A program made the position numbers and the translations under genes. Positions 52,830 through 64,000 of a stretch of DNA of 64,000 nucleotides are shown here, in pieces; position 1 is the first letter of the stretch, and every line of letters starts with the position of its first letter. Below the pieces are notes generated by a model. It was not told the origin of the DNA, did not search any database, and saw only the letters and a list, made by a program, of their open reading frames with translations. The DNA comes from Octopus vulgaris (lineage: Eukaryota): assembly GCA_951406725.2 (NCBI GenBank), contig OX597817.1:38502001-38566000 (forward strand). Reading direction: 5' to 3'.

Positions 52830-53169
52830 TAGCTATGGTACGTTTTGGTTATCTCACCCCCATTAAAAATGTTGGTTATCTCCTTCAACTGAAAATGTTG
52901 TTTAACCCTCAATAAAACAAAAACAAACAAAAAAATTAATAAGTATAAAAATTGAAAAAATTAAAAATCTTACTGAATCTGATGATATTTTTATAACAAA
53001 TCATACCATGCATATTGAGGAGGCCAAACGTCAACAGTATGTTGAAGTACTGAATCAAAAGGATCTAACTCTTATTTTAATCTGTTGTCGCCACATTAAC
53101 TTGATTTTTTAGTGGGGAGATAACCCAGTTTTTTAATGGGGTTGAGATAACCTAAGAGTATCGTAGCTA
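52830..53169. mobile_element. MULE/Mutator-like MITE (340 bp)
   Basis: ~60-bp imperfect TIRs starting TAGCTAYG.TAC...GGTTATCTC..CCCCATTAAAAA. 9-bp TSD TATATCTTG at 52821-52829 and 53170-53178. Confidence 0.85.
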
Positions 53170-53471
53170 TATATCTTGTCTATTATTGTTACGTGTATAT
53201 TTATGTATCTAGCTTATAGCCTTAGTGCCTTAAGAAAATGGCAAAAAGTAACATTTGATGTTGTAACGCCAGATACCAATTAAAAAGCAAAACAAAAAAA
53301 CTGAATCGTCACAGCTTGAATTCTTTTGATCATCGAGCTGCTTGGTTATGGTTGACCTGGGGCTAAACGACAACAGCGGCTGTTCCAACATGGTCATAGC
53401 TGTGAAAAATTAAAGAATAATCTCTCTCACACACATATGTACATATACGTATGTGTGTATACATATATACG

Positions 53472-53524
<53 letters not shown>

Positions 53525-53540
53525 ACACACACACACACAT

Positions 53541-53955
53541 AGAGGTAGACCCAGGAAGACATGGGTTGAGGTGGTGAAGCATCACCTTCGAACATTGGGC
53601 CTCACAGAGGCAATGACAGGAGATCGGGACCTTTGGAGATACGCTGTGATTGAGAAGACCCAGCAACTAAAGTGAGATCGCAGCCACTCATGTCAAGCCT
53701 TGTTAAGAATACCCTTGATGCGTCGGGTGATATGCTTGAGTAGACCAGTTGAGTCAAGTAAAACCAATATCGTAGCTGTGGCCAGTGCCCCCTGACTGGC
53801 TCCTGTGCCGGTGGCACGTAAAAAAGGGACCCACTAAACTCTCGGAGTGGTTGGCGTTAGGAAGAGCATCCAGCTGCAGAAACATTGCCAGATCAGATGG
53901 TGCAGCCGCTGGCTCTGCAGACCTAACGGACGTTAAACGATGATGAGGATGAGGA
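53541..53955 (+). mobile_element. 3' end of an RTE-clade LINE with 3' UTR and (GAT)n-like tail
   Basis: [36 protein letters not shown] is a typical RTE C-terminus. Ends CGTTAAACGATGATGAGGATG. Confidence 0.85.
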
Positions 53956-54339
53956 TTATTGTGTATATATATATATATATATATAGTTAATGTTGTTTAG
54001 TTGCAGGCATGTGCTGATCGAACACACAGAAACTACTGAAAGTTTTCTGGCCGTAACCATCCAATCTATTCCCTTTTCTCTAAGGATTACCACATTCCAT
54101 GTATCTTTTCGTAAAGAGCGCAGATTTAAAATGGGGGAAGATTTGGCTGTCATTTCCAACAGGCCTAAATGACCATGTCTCGGTGCCATTGACATTACTG
54201 CATCCCGTTGGTTCGTCAAATATTTTATAGGCTTTCATCTCTCCACTGAATAAAGTTCTGTTCGAGGAGTTAGTTCCAGTTTCTACTGAAGCCAACAGTA
54301 TAACTTTTTATAGTTATGTTTTTGTCCATCCAAGGTTAC

Positions 54340-54730
54340 TAAAATAAAGTACCAGTCACTTCTTTGGGACCCATGTAATCGACTGATCCTATTCCTCTAG
54401 TTGCGGTATTTCTTCACTCTTAGTTCAAATCTTGCCGACGTCAACTTTGCCTTTCATCCCATCAAGATTGATAAAATATTGTCATCAATGGTATCGATTA
54501 ATCTCCTCCCTTCAAAATTACTGGCCTTGTGCTTAAATTGGAAGCACTTATTTTTAGCAATAAAAAGGCGATAACTAGCAGAATCGTTAGAACGTTACAT
54601 AGTTTTGGTTCTTTATATTTTGAGTTCAGATCTCGCCAAGACCACCGTCTTTTTTTCATCTTTCCAAGGTCAATGAGACGAAATACTAGTACCGGTTTGA
54701 CGTAATCCTCTAACTCTTTCTCTTCCAAAT
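54340..54730 (+). mobile_element. Tandem diverged SINE family A fragments
   Basis: AAAGTACCAG, AGTTCAAATC, GCCTTTCATCC, GGCCTTGTGC and GCAGAATCGTTAG segments. Confidence 0.7.
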
Positions 54731-54779
54731 TGGAAACTTTCTGTCTGAAAAATTTCCACTATTTTAAATTCAACATTGT

Positions 54780-55130
54780 ACGATCTTTAGGATATTTCTG
54801 TGATCACCCAAACAACAAGAGGAATTCAGTAATGGAAAACAATGTAACTGTTGATTGTTCCACAATTGTATAAAGGGGATTTCATATTGTAACCCCATTT
54901 CATTTTGGCCGTCTCTGCTTAGACCAAATCCCGTACAGTTAATTGAAACACGACCACTAGTCTGTGATTAATTTCGTAACTTTTCTGCTGATTATCAATT
55001 TCGTATCTGGCATTGGTGGAAGATTTACTAGTCTTCCACAATCGTATGGGGGTGGATTCTTTGGAAACTTGTACGGGAATTGTGGATAATTTGAAACATT
55101 CATTGATGTTGTTTCGGCATCATTTTGAAC
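54780..55130 (-). pseudogene. Possible LINE C-terminal remnant
   Basis: Minus strand reads frameshifted RTGFGLSR..KMKWGYNMKSPLYNCG, resembling the RTG.G....KWG...SP.C.CG zinc-finger tail of non-LTR ORF2. Confidence 0.35.
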
Positions 55131-55249
55131 CAAGGTTCTTCCTTTCAACTGTCTTTCCTCCCACTCATGCCTTCCCACACAGACATACCTACAGATACGG
55201 ACATTATAAATTATAGAAAAGGGCAACAAGTTGATTGTGAGCGAAAATT

Positions 55250-55283
<34 letters not shown>

Positions 55284-55723
55284 ATACTTTATAGGTTTCC
55301 TGTTGGGAAGTAACGACAGGAAATGTGTGTATTTTCTCCTAAGACAACATTTAAACATGATTTACTTTAAAAAGACGTAACAAACTTGGGTCAGGCAGTA
55401 TGTATATATAGATACATACATACGTATGTATGTAAGTCGTGTGTGTATCTGGAGAGAGAGAGAGAGGTTTGTATTTTAGGAAGAAACAAGTAATTAAACA
55501 TAAAAACTGAAAAACGTTGTCATCATCATCATCCTTAGTTAGCATTATAGTATATCATGCACATTCATTCTCCGGATATTTAGTGTGTGTATGTGTGTGT
55601 GTGGTCGACTTGTATATATTATTTTCTACAGTCAACAGCAGTGACTGGCTCCTTGGCATAAACGTATGTTCTTAGCCAAGTTACAAACCATATGCCAAAT
55701 AGGTACATAATCTTTCTCTCTCC

Positions 55724-55762
<39 letters not shown>

Positions 55763-56264
55763 ATACAAAGAAAGGGGCATTGCTTGTGTATGCATATGAA
55801 TGTCTGCGCATGTGTGAGGTGCGTGCATGTGTCGTGAACGCAATCGTTACATACGACTCATTGCAATCTTCTTAAACACTTCATCGTTGTGCAGTTCAAC
55901 AATTTCATTCATAAAATCTCTATGAATGGCAAAATTGTATGACGAGCCAACCTCTCTTTCACTACAAAGACGGCTTTCTCAAGTTTTTGTTTCTTGGCCA
56001 TGGTTTCACCAATGAGCTTAATTGTTTGTGTTTGCACATGTATATATTTGTGTATGTATGTTTGTGTGTGAATGTTTGTTGTGATTATGCTATTGCTTTT
56101 CTCGTTTGTGTGTTTGTGTTTAACGTACACTTTCTCTATGCTCTATTTATTGGGCATTTCTGAACAAATCATCGACTAACTCCACCTTCCCTGAAAATCT
56201 GGCCTTGAGTCTATTTAAGAAATCGTTGTTGTTGCTCTGGATCCACTTTAATAATAATAATAAT

Positions 56265-56442
56265 AATTTTTGGTACAAGGCCAGCAATTCTAAAAGTCGG
56301 CATTAGTCGATATCATCAACCCAGTACTTCACTTGTACTTTATTTTCCCCAAGCGCGATTTCCATTCAGAACGCAAAGAGCTGTAAGAAATGCGGTTAAG
56401 CATTTTGTCCGACGCGCTAATGATTCTGCCAACTCGCCGCCT

Positions 56443-56477
<35 letters not shown>

Positions 56478-56704
56478 TAATAATAATAATAATCCTTTCT
56501 ATTATAGGCACAAGGCCTGAAATTTGGGGGAGAGGAGATAGTCGATTGCATCGACCCCAGTGTTCAACTGGTACTTATTTTATCGACCTCGAAAGGATGA
56601 AAGGCTAAGTCTACCTCGACGGAATTTGAACTCAGAACTTAGCGAGGTGTGAAATACCGCTAAGTATTTCGTCCGGCGCGCGAACGATTCTGCGAGCCCG
56701 CCAC
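56265..56704 (-). mobile_element. Two SINE family A copies separated by (AAT)n
   Basis: Copies at 56265-56443 and 56495-56704. Confidence 0.85.
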
Positions 56705-57149
56705 CGAATTCAGTGTATGAAATTTGAGTGCCATTTCTAGCAAGATCGAGTGACCTCGTAGAAGCTACAACTTCTTTTGGCAAATCTGTCTTTGTTTAAC
56801 CAGTGCCGGTCGTTACTCCACACGCGCTCACACACAGACGTACTGCTACATAGATATTTACACAGATATAGGTATTCATACATATACACACAGATACAGA
56901 CATACATTAAATCATATACAGATACGTAGACAAACACAAAGAGTACATAAACAAATACGTATAACGGCATACATACATACAGGCTCAGAAATCATTCATA
57001 ACTTCATATCAGTACCACCACCACCAGGTTTGCTGTCGTCAGTTCTCTCAAATTTTTGTCGGCGCACATGGCGGAGATGTAAACGGAACATCCCCCCACC
57101 TTTTTTTTATACGCAGTCCCACGTTTTAGACTATGGAGATTTCGATTCT

Positions 57150-58409
57150 GTTCACTTTTTATTATTTCATCCATATTCATTTTCATCTGCTTCACTCCCA
57201 ACAGTGTAGCTCCTCCTACTAACTTTTCACCCCAACAGCAAAAAACAATTACTCGCAAGTTGCTTCAACAATAATTTTCAACATTGGTAGCAAGAGTTCT
57301 CTTGATTTCGCCTTTTTCCTCTTTTGGGGCTGACAAACCCGTCACTCCCCTCCTTTGCCGCTTTCATTCCGTCTTCCTTCGGCTTCACTTCCTCTGTATC
57401 TCTGGCACACTCCTTATCGCTTTTGCCATCTCTGTCTTTCCTTGATTCAGTTGGTACACCAATCTCTGCTTCTTCTTAGTCTTTCTCTACAGCCTTCTCA
57501 CTCTGAGAAGGCTTGTGCTTGGGGCACTGTGTCCTCATATGGCCTCTTACTCCACATTTGTAACAATTGGGTCAACGACCCTCAACAATTACTATGAAGG
57601 AACTTTCTCCTGCAATCTCTATTTGGTAGGGGATCCTCTCTATGTCTTCAAAAGTGACAAAAAGCCACATCTCGATACTGCTTCCCCATCATTTTAACAC
57701 ACTCGTTCTTCCCACTGGTTCCAATGCAGGACCACAACAGCTGCCACCAACCACTCTGTCTTTATTTCCAGTGGCACTCTTCCAATTCAAATCCAAACAC
57801 TGTGCCTGCCCCTATACATGGGCACCAGCATCACCTTGTCAGAGCGTAAAGCAGTGCTGGAATGTGAGGCCACCTCTTCTTTGGTGGCAAACCTCGCCTC
57901 CACCCATTCCATACTTCTTTCCCTGGCTTATGAAAGTTGTCATTTTCATCAGGGGTCCCAAGCATTCTTCCACATTGTCTTCTGATAGTATTTCAATTTT
58001 ACTGGTGGTGACCGCTTGCATTCAATACACCACTGTCCTATCACTCTTATTGTTGACTGTCTCCTGTGGTGGGACCAGCTTTATTGTGTCACTTTCTTTG
58101 CACAAATTGTTCACTTCTTAAGTCGTCCATATTCATTTTCATTTCCTTCGCTTCCAACAGCATAGCTGCTCCCACTGCAGTGGTTTCTGCATAGCTTTCC
58201 ATAATGAAAAGCTAACTTTTCACCCCAACAATGGGGAGAAAAACAGCAAAAATCAATTATGTACAAGTTGCTTCAACAGTAATTTTCAGCAATGATATAA
58301 AACAATTTCAACAATGAACAGTCTCAAAGTGAAAGACATCAACAATCCAACCGTGATCAGAAGTGACGAGGCTCAAACAAACAAGTTGTTACTGTGAGAC
58401 AGCAACGTC
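57150..58409 (-). mobile_element. Second (57300-58409) and partial third (57150-57290) copies of the ORF1-only Tx1/L1-like element
   Basis: Colinear with 58414-60147. ORF starts MESYAETTAVGAAMLLEAKEMKMNMD near 58203. A CCHC knuckle remnant lies near 57520-57565. Confidence 0.75.
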
Positions 58410-58413
58410 CTCG

Positions 58414-60147
58414 ATTTTTTTGTTGCCCACAAGGGGCTAAGTATAGAGGTTATACATTACAAAGACAATACAAAACATATAATTGGGGAAATAAAAATAC
58501 AAAAAAAAATCGAGCAAGGAAGAAAAAATAAAAAGAAACAAATGAAATTATGAAAATGAGAATATGGGTCACAATGCCCACTCAACCCCTGAAGTTGAGT
58601 GGTTACATTTAGACATTATTTTGGACAGTTTTTTCCTTTTTTTAAAAATAAAAAAAATGATCACATCTTCATCATTTTTTTTTTATATTGTTCATATCAT
58701 ATATTTTCTGTCTAAAATTTCTCAACTCTTCATATTCCACCACGGGTGGCAGGGTATCATACAACAACAGCCCGTCAATCACAGTCACCCATTCACAATA
58801 TGAATCCATGAACACGGCATATCTTTCATCATTCAATAGAGCACACCTTTCATTCTCCTTGAATTTCTCCCTGGGCAGCTTTACCCTAATCCCTTCCTTT
58901 TAGATATTCTCCTTTCTACCTCTATAGTCTTTACATAGTAGACTAAGAATGCCTTCTGTTTAAATTCTTTCTCTCTTGGTTCTGTCTCTACTGTATGCGT
59001 ATGCTTGAGTTTAGGCAACTCCCTACCTTTTTTGGACATCCTCACTTTCTGCTGCTGGTCCTTGCAGGTGTTCTCTTGGTTTTGCTTTTTTTCTCTTTTG
59101 GGCACTCCCCTCCTTTGCCACTTTCGTTCTGTCTTCCTTCATCTTTCATTGCTTCAATTTGTACTCCAATCTCCACTTCTTGGTCTTTACCCACAGCCTT
59201 CTCACTCTGAGGAGGTTTGTGCTTGGGGCACTGCATCCTCATATGGCCTCTCACTCCACATTCATAACAATTGAGTCGACGACCTTCAACAATTACTTTG
59301 AGGGAACTTTCTCCTGCAATCTCTATCTTGTAGGGGATCCTCTCAATGTCTTTGAAAGTGGCAGAAAGCCACATCTCAACACCGATTCTCCATCAGTTTA
59401 ACATACTCGTTCTTCCCACCAGTCCCAATTCAGGATTCTCTTTGGCAGCCAGGACAGTTGCCACCAACTACTCCGTCTTTATTTCTGGTGGCACTCTTCC
59501 TATTCGAATCCGAACACTTTGTCTGCCCCTATACTTGGGCAGCAGTGTCACCTTATCAATTTGTAGAATAGTGGTGGAATGTGAGGCCGCCTCTTCTTTG
59601 GTGGCAAACCTCACCTCCACCATGCCATATTTTTTTCCTCAGCTTACGAAAGTTGCCTTTTTCATCAGGGGTTCTAAACATTCTTCCACATCAGCTTCTG
59701 ATAGGATTTCTATTTTGTTGGTGGATACTGCTTACATGTGGTACACCACCATCCTATTGCTCTTATCATTGACTGTTTCCTCTGGAGGGGCCAACTTTAT
59801 TGTGTCTTCCCTCTCTTTGCACAAACTGTTCGCTTCTTATTATTTCATCCATATTCATCTTTATCTGCATCGCTTCCAATGGCGTAGCTGCTACCACTGC
59901 AATGGTTTTTGCGTAGCTTTCCTTAATAAAAGCTAATTTTTTCACCCCCACAATGGGTAGAAAAATAGCAAAAACAACAGCAAAAAAAAAAAACAATTAC
60001 GGATGAGACGCTTCAACAATAATTTCCAACAGTAATAAAACTATTTCAACAATGGACAGTCTCAAAGAGAAAGCCTTCAATAATCCAACCATGGTCAAAA
60101 ATGACAAGACTCAAACAAACAAATTGTTACTCTGAGACTGTGACGTC
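58414..60147 (-). mobile_element. ORF1-only (HAL1-like) Tx1/L1-type retroelement, ~1.73 kb, disrupted
   Basis: Gag-like zinc knuckle CYECGVRGHMRMQC (CX2CX4HX4C) preceded by RIPYKIEI...VIVEGRR, typical of Tx1/L1-type ORF1. 3' end TAGCCCCTTGTGGGCAAC plus an A-tail at ~58415. No APE/RT found between ORF1 and the tail. Confidence 0.7.
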
Positions 60148-60224
60148 TTCTCAATGATTTTTAGATTGAGAATATTTGAAATAAACTAAACTCGACTGCT
60201 CTCACAAGTGAAAATACTAAATAT

Positions 60225-60450
60225 GAACTCGACAGCACTCAAAAATTAAGCAAAAAACAGGGAAAATAATTCAGGATCCTTGTCCAGTACCGGATCAATG
60301 CCAAAATCTAATCAGTTCATGCCAGTCACAAGGGCAAACATCTCTGAATGTTTCATCAGAATCCATCCAGCGGTTCTTGAGACATTTTGTCCACGGACAA
60401 ACACACATAACTGAAAAAAATATCTTCGCCTTCACTAAAGCAGAGGTAAT
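60225..60450 (+). mobile_element. Helentron-associated (HINE/DINE-like) non-autonomous element
   Basis: GGATC...CCAAAATCTAATCAG...TTTCATCAGAATCCATCC...GAGACATT...GGACAAACACAC core with a terminal imperfect hairpin CTTCGCCTT...AAAGCAGAGGTAAT. Confidence 0.55.
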
Positions 60451-60479
60451 AATAGTTTCAAACTTTAGCACTGTTTAAG

Positions 60480-60725
60480 GCTATTAGGTAGAAGATCCGT
60501 TATTGTGCCAAACAAAGTGCTTAGCAGAATGTCTTCCTTTTTTATTTATTTATTTTTTTTTACGTTCTGAGTTCGAATTCCACTGAGGTCGACTTTGCTT
60601 TTCTTCCTTTCGTAGTTGATAAAATAAGCGCAAGATGTGCACTGGAGCTGTTGTAATTAACTTGGCCACTCCTCCCATACAAACACCTTAAAAAGTTGCT
60701 GGCCTTGTGCCAAAATTTGAAATTA
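60480..60725 (+). mobile_element. SINE family A, diverged
   Basis: GTTCTGAGTTCGAATTCC...GGTCGACTTTGC...GGCCTTGTGCCAAAATTTGAAA. Confidence 0.8.
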
Positions 60726-61577
60726 TTATTCCCATTTTGTTGTCATTGTTCAGTCAGAATCTGAAACTAACCAAAATGTAGGAGGAACCTATTCACTTAG
60801 GGTCACAAAACACACACTACATATATAAAACACAATTGTAATATTTCAGCAACAAAAAAAAACTTATGACAATGTGACAAATAATCTGGCATCCCATCCA
60901 CCCTGTTCCAGCCCTGTGCACCCTTAAAGTTTTTTTTTTTTTTTTTACTTCAACATTTTGCAAGCAAAAAGAATGAAATAAGTAATACAATGTATTTTGT
61001 ATATGTAGTTCACCTGAACTCCAACAACTGTTGAAACTGTTTCTTTCTTTCATTTTTTTCAGTTAGTTTTTCTTCTTTATGCAATATTTCTAAAGAAACA
61101 AAAATTTCTACACAAACCAATCTTGGCATAAGGACGACTGTACTGTAGTAACATTTTTTGAAACAAGCCTACTGTGGAGAAGGTGGGGAAGGGAGAGAGA
61201 AAAAAAGCAACTGGGAAAATAACTAGAATCAACAATACAGGAACTTTTATATATTTGAATGTGTGTGTGTGTACAAATGTATATACATGTGTGAGTAAAA
61301 CACCCCTGAGAAGCTAATAAATACAGGTGAAACCAGTCAAGTTTTCTAGAACCCATTCTGCTGAAGAAACGCAATAGTTTAACCATGGGTCAGCGCACAT
61401 CTATGTATGCATGTGTATATATCTGTGCATATGTGGTGTAAATAAATTATCCAATATGCCTTCAACTTATATTTCTAGCAAGTCGAGCGACCACTTTGGG
61501 AGTCAAACATTCCCTTGCTGGTGCTCATTGTGTAAGACATTGTTTCTCTCTTTCACTCTTTCTTTCTCTCTCTCTCT

Positions 61578-61613
<36 letters not shown>

Positions 61614-61879
61614 AATACACATGTATGCTTACACCCTATATCAACACATACACACACAATTCTAAATGATGTTCATGGGAATAGGTAGTAAAACATGGTG
61701 AGATTATGGGTGTGGGGTAATGATGGGGCTGCAAAGGTCATAGAGCAATCAGTAGAATATTCCTAAGGAATCTGAACAATGCAAGTTCAGTTCCCAGCTG
61801 TGTTACTTTACTCATTCACACAAATATACACGCATATATTCAAATTTAAATACACACATATACAACAAAGTACTATATG

Positions 61880-64000
61880 AAATAGTTAAGGCAAACATGG
61901 TGCATGGTCTATGTGGGCGTGGATTCAAATTAAACTCACCATGCTTGAAAGACAGCGTATGTTCAAAAGGGTTTCTAAGGAGGTTGCTACAAGAAACTCA
62001 GACAGATGCTGATGGGTATCCATCATACAGACGGAGAAAACCAGAAGATGGTGGTTTAACAGCAACTGTTGGACAGTATGAGTTTGATAATCGATGGATT
62101 GTTCCCTACTGCCCACTCCTGTCAAAGACTTTCAATGCCCACATCAACGTTGATTGTTGCAAAGTCCATAATGTACATTTGTAAGTATGTGAACAAGGGT
62201 TCTGATGCTGCAATGTTTGGACTTCAACTAGAATACTGCCAGGATCAGGTGACGCACTATCAGGTGGGATGGTACATAAGTAGCAACGAGGCTTTCCGGC
62301 GCATCTTTGGCATTCTACTTTAACAACAACACCCCCGCCATTCAACAGCTTGCAGTGCACCTGGAAAAGGTCAAAGGGTGTACTTCACCAATGCTAATGC
62401 TTCTCTGTTGGCAGAGGAACTAAAGGAGAGCACACTCACTGCATTCTTCAAGCTTTGTCAAGTTGATCCATTCACTCAAACCTTGCTGTATCCACAGATT
62501 CCATTGTACTACACTTGGAATGGAAAAAAATGGGCCCCAAGGAAAGCAGATAAAAATGTTCATGGATACCCTGACATTAAGTTTGACATTTGCCTTGGGC
62601 GAGTATACACAGTGCATCCCACTCAACAAGAGTGCTTCTAGCTTCATCTACTACTACATGAGGTCAGAGGGCCAACGTGTTTCCAAGCCCTAAAAACCGT
62701 TCATAGACATGTCTGCACAACATACAGAGAAGCCTGCTCTCGACAAGGACTGTTAGAAGATGATGCACAATGGGATGCAACCTTGGGAGAGGCTGCTGTG
62801 TCGGAATCACTTAAAAGTCTCAGGGGACTATTTGCAGTATTACTACAGATCTGCAAACTGTGTGATCCTGCCTCTCTATTGTTCAAATACAGAAACAACC
62901 TGGCTGAAGCGGCAAGCTCAACTGCTCTATCCTGACATGGAGGGTATCAGCAATGAAGTCTACAACAAAACTCTCATTGACATTAATGACAGAATTGCTA
63001 CACTGGGTGGAAATGAATTGTCCACATATGGCCTGCCACAAACTTTCAGGTCAGGGTCAAATAGCCTTCCCACTGCTGCCATTCATGAAACATCCTATGA
63101 CACCCAATTGCTTTCAAAGTACATTGTTGAAAACGAGCCAAAATTACTTTGAGAGCAGCTGCAGGCCTACAGAAATATTCTTAACAGTGTACACCAATGC
63201 AAGGGACAAATCTTCTTGCTGTATGCTCCAGGAGTGACAGGAAAACATTTATTACAAAGCTTCTCCTTGCAGAAGTTAGGCAGCACCAGGATATTGTGGT
63301 GGCTGTGGCTTCCTCTAGGATTGCAGCTACTTTGTTACCCGGTGGCAGGACAGCACACTAGACTTTTAAACTCCCTCTCAATTTAGCAGCATCTGAGATG
63401 CCTTCATGCAACATCAACAAAAGCTCAGATCAGGGGCAGGTACTTAAAAGGTGTCATCTAATCGTGTGGGATGAGTACACCATGGCTCACAAGGGAGCTT
63501 TGGAAGCATTAGATAGAGCCCTGAAAGACATCCAAGACTGTCAGGCTCCAATGGGAGGTGTAACGCTTCTGTTGTCAGGTTATTTCAGGCAAATGAGGTC
63601 CAAGCATGCCTAAAGTCCTCTGCCCTGTGGCATCATGTTACAATCCTCAGTTTTACCACTAACATGAGAGCTCAGCTACACAGCAACCAAATGTCCACAA
63701 AGTTTGCTCAGGACATTTTGACACTTGGTGATGGCAAGGTGCCCTTTGACACTGCAGGAGAAATGGAAGTGTGGCCATTTTCCACAGTTGTTAATTCTGT
63801 AGATGAGCTCAAACACAAAGTCTTTCCCAACTTCACAGGAAACTACCAAAATCACAATTAGCTCCAAAAAATGTCACTGTTACAAAAATAAATCAACAGC
63901 TAATGCATTCTCTTCCCAGCACTCTTCACACTTACAAGTCTGTTGATAAAATTCCAGATAAAAAGGAAGTGGTGAACTATCCTCATGAATTTCTCAATTT
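61880..64000 (+). pseudogene. Helitron RepHel pseudogene (Rep C-terminal part + PIF1 helicase), runs off window end
   Basis: MVHGLCG..NSPC..CSKGF, GYPSYRRR, DNRWIVPY.P.L...FNAHINV and YICKYVNKGSD. Helicase motifs APGVTGKT, VASSRIAATLLPGGRTAH, LIVWDEYTM and GGVTLLLSGYFRQ. Stops and frameshifts throughout. Confidence 0.93.

Noticed and set aside
57642-59936. Plus-strand ORFs of 159 and 196 aa
   Set aside because: Antisense shadows of the minus-strand ORF1 copies.

Overview
AT-rich, microsatellite-dense animal genomic DNA, most likely cephalopod/Octopus judging by its tRNA-derived SINE families (an inference). No intact protein-coding gene can be supported, and almost all listed ORFs are microsatellite translations. 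The window is a retroelement and transposon graveyard: decayed CR1-like, RTE and Penelope retroelements, ORF1-only Tx1/L1-like elements in tandem, Tc1 and maT transposase relics, an autonomous-type Helitron relic, a non-autonomous Helitron, several MITEs, and many SINE copies. The standout is at 3938-6153. It is a 491-bp non-coding tandem repeat in which each full unit carries a type I hammerhead ribozyme (canonical in the two minus-strand copies). It sits in a (TA)n tract and folds back into a ~2.1-kb palindrome, and a 5'-truncated dispersed copy lies at ~49.9-50.1 kb. This fits a retrozyme or Penelope-pLTR-like system expected to make ~491-nt self-cleaved, possibly circular RNAs. Several decayed ribozyme-like motifs (minimal hammerheads, a twister-like 3' half at an RTE 5' end) occur elsewhere. 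All structures and alignments were read by eye, so boundaries of decayed elements are approximate.
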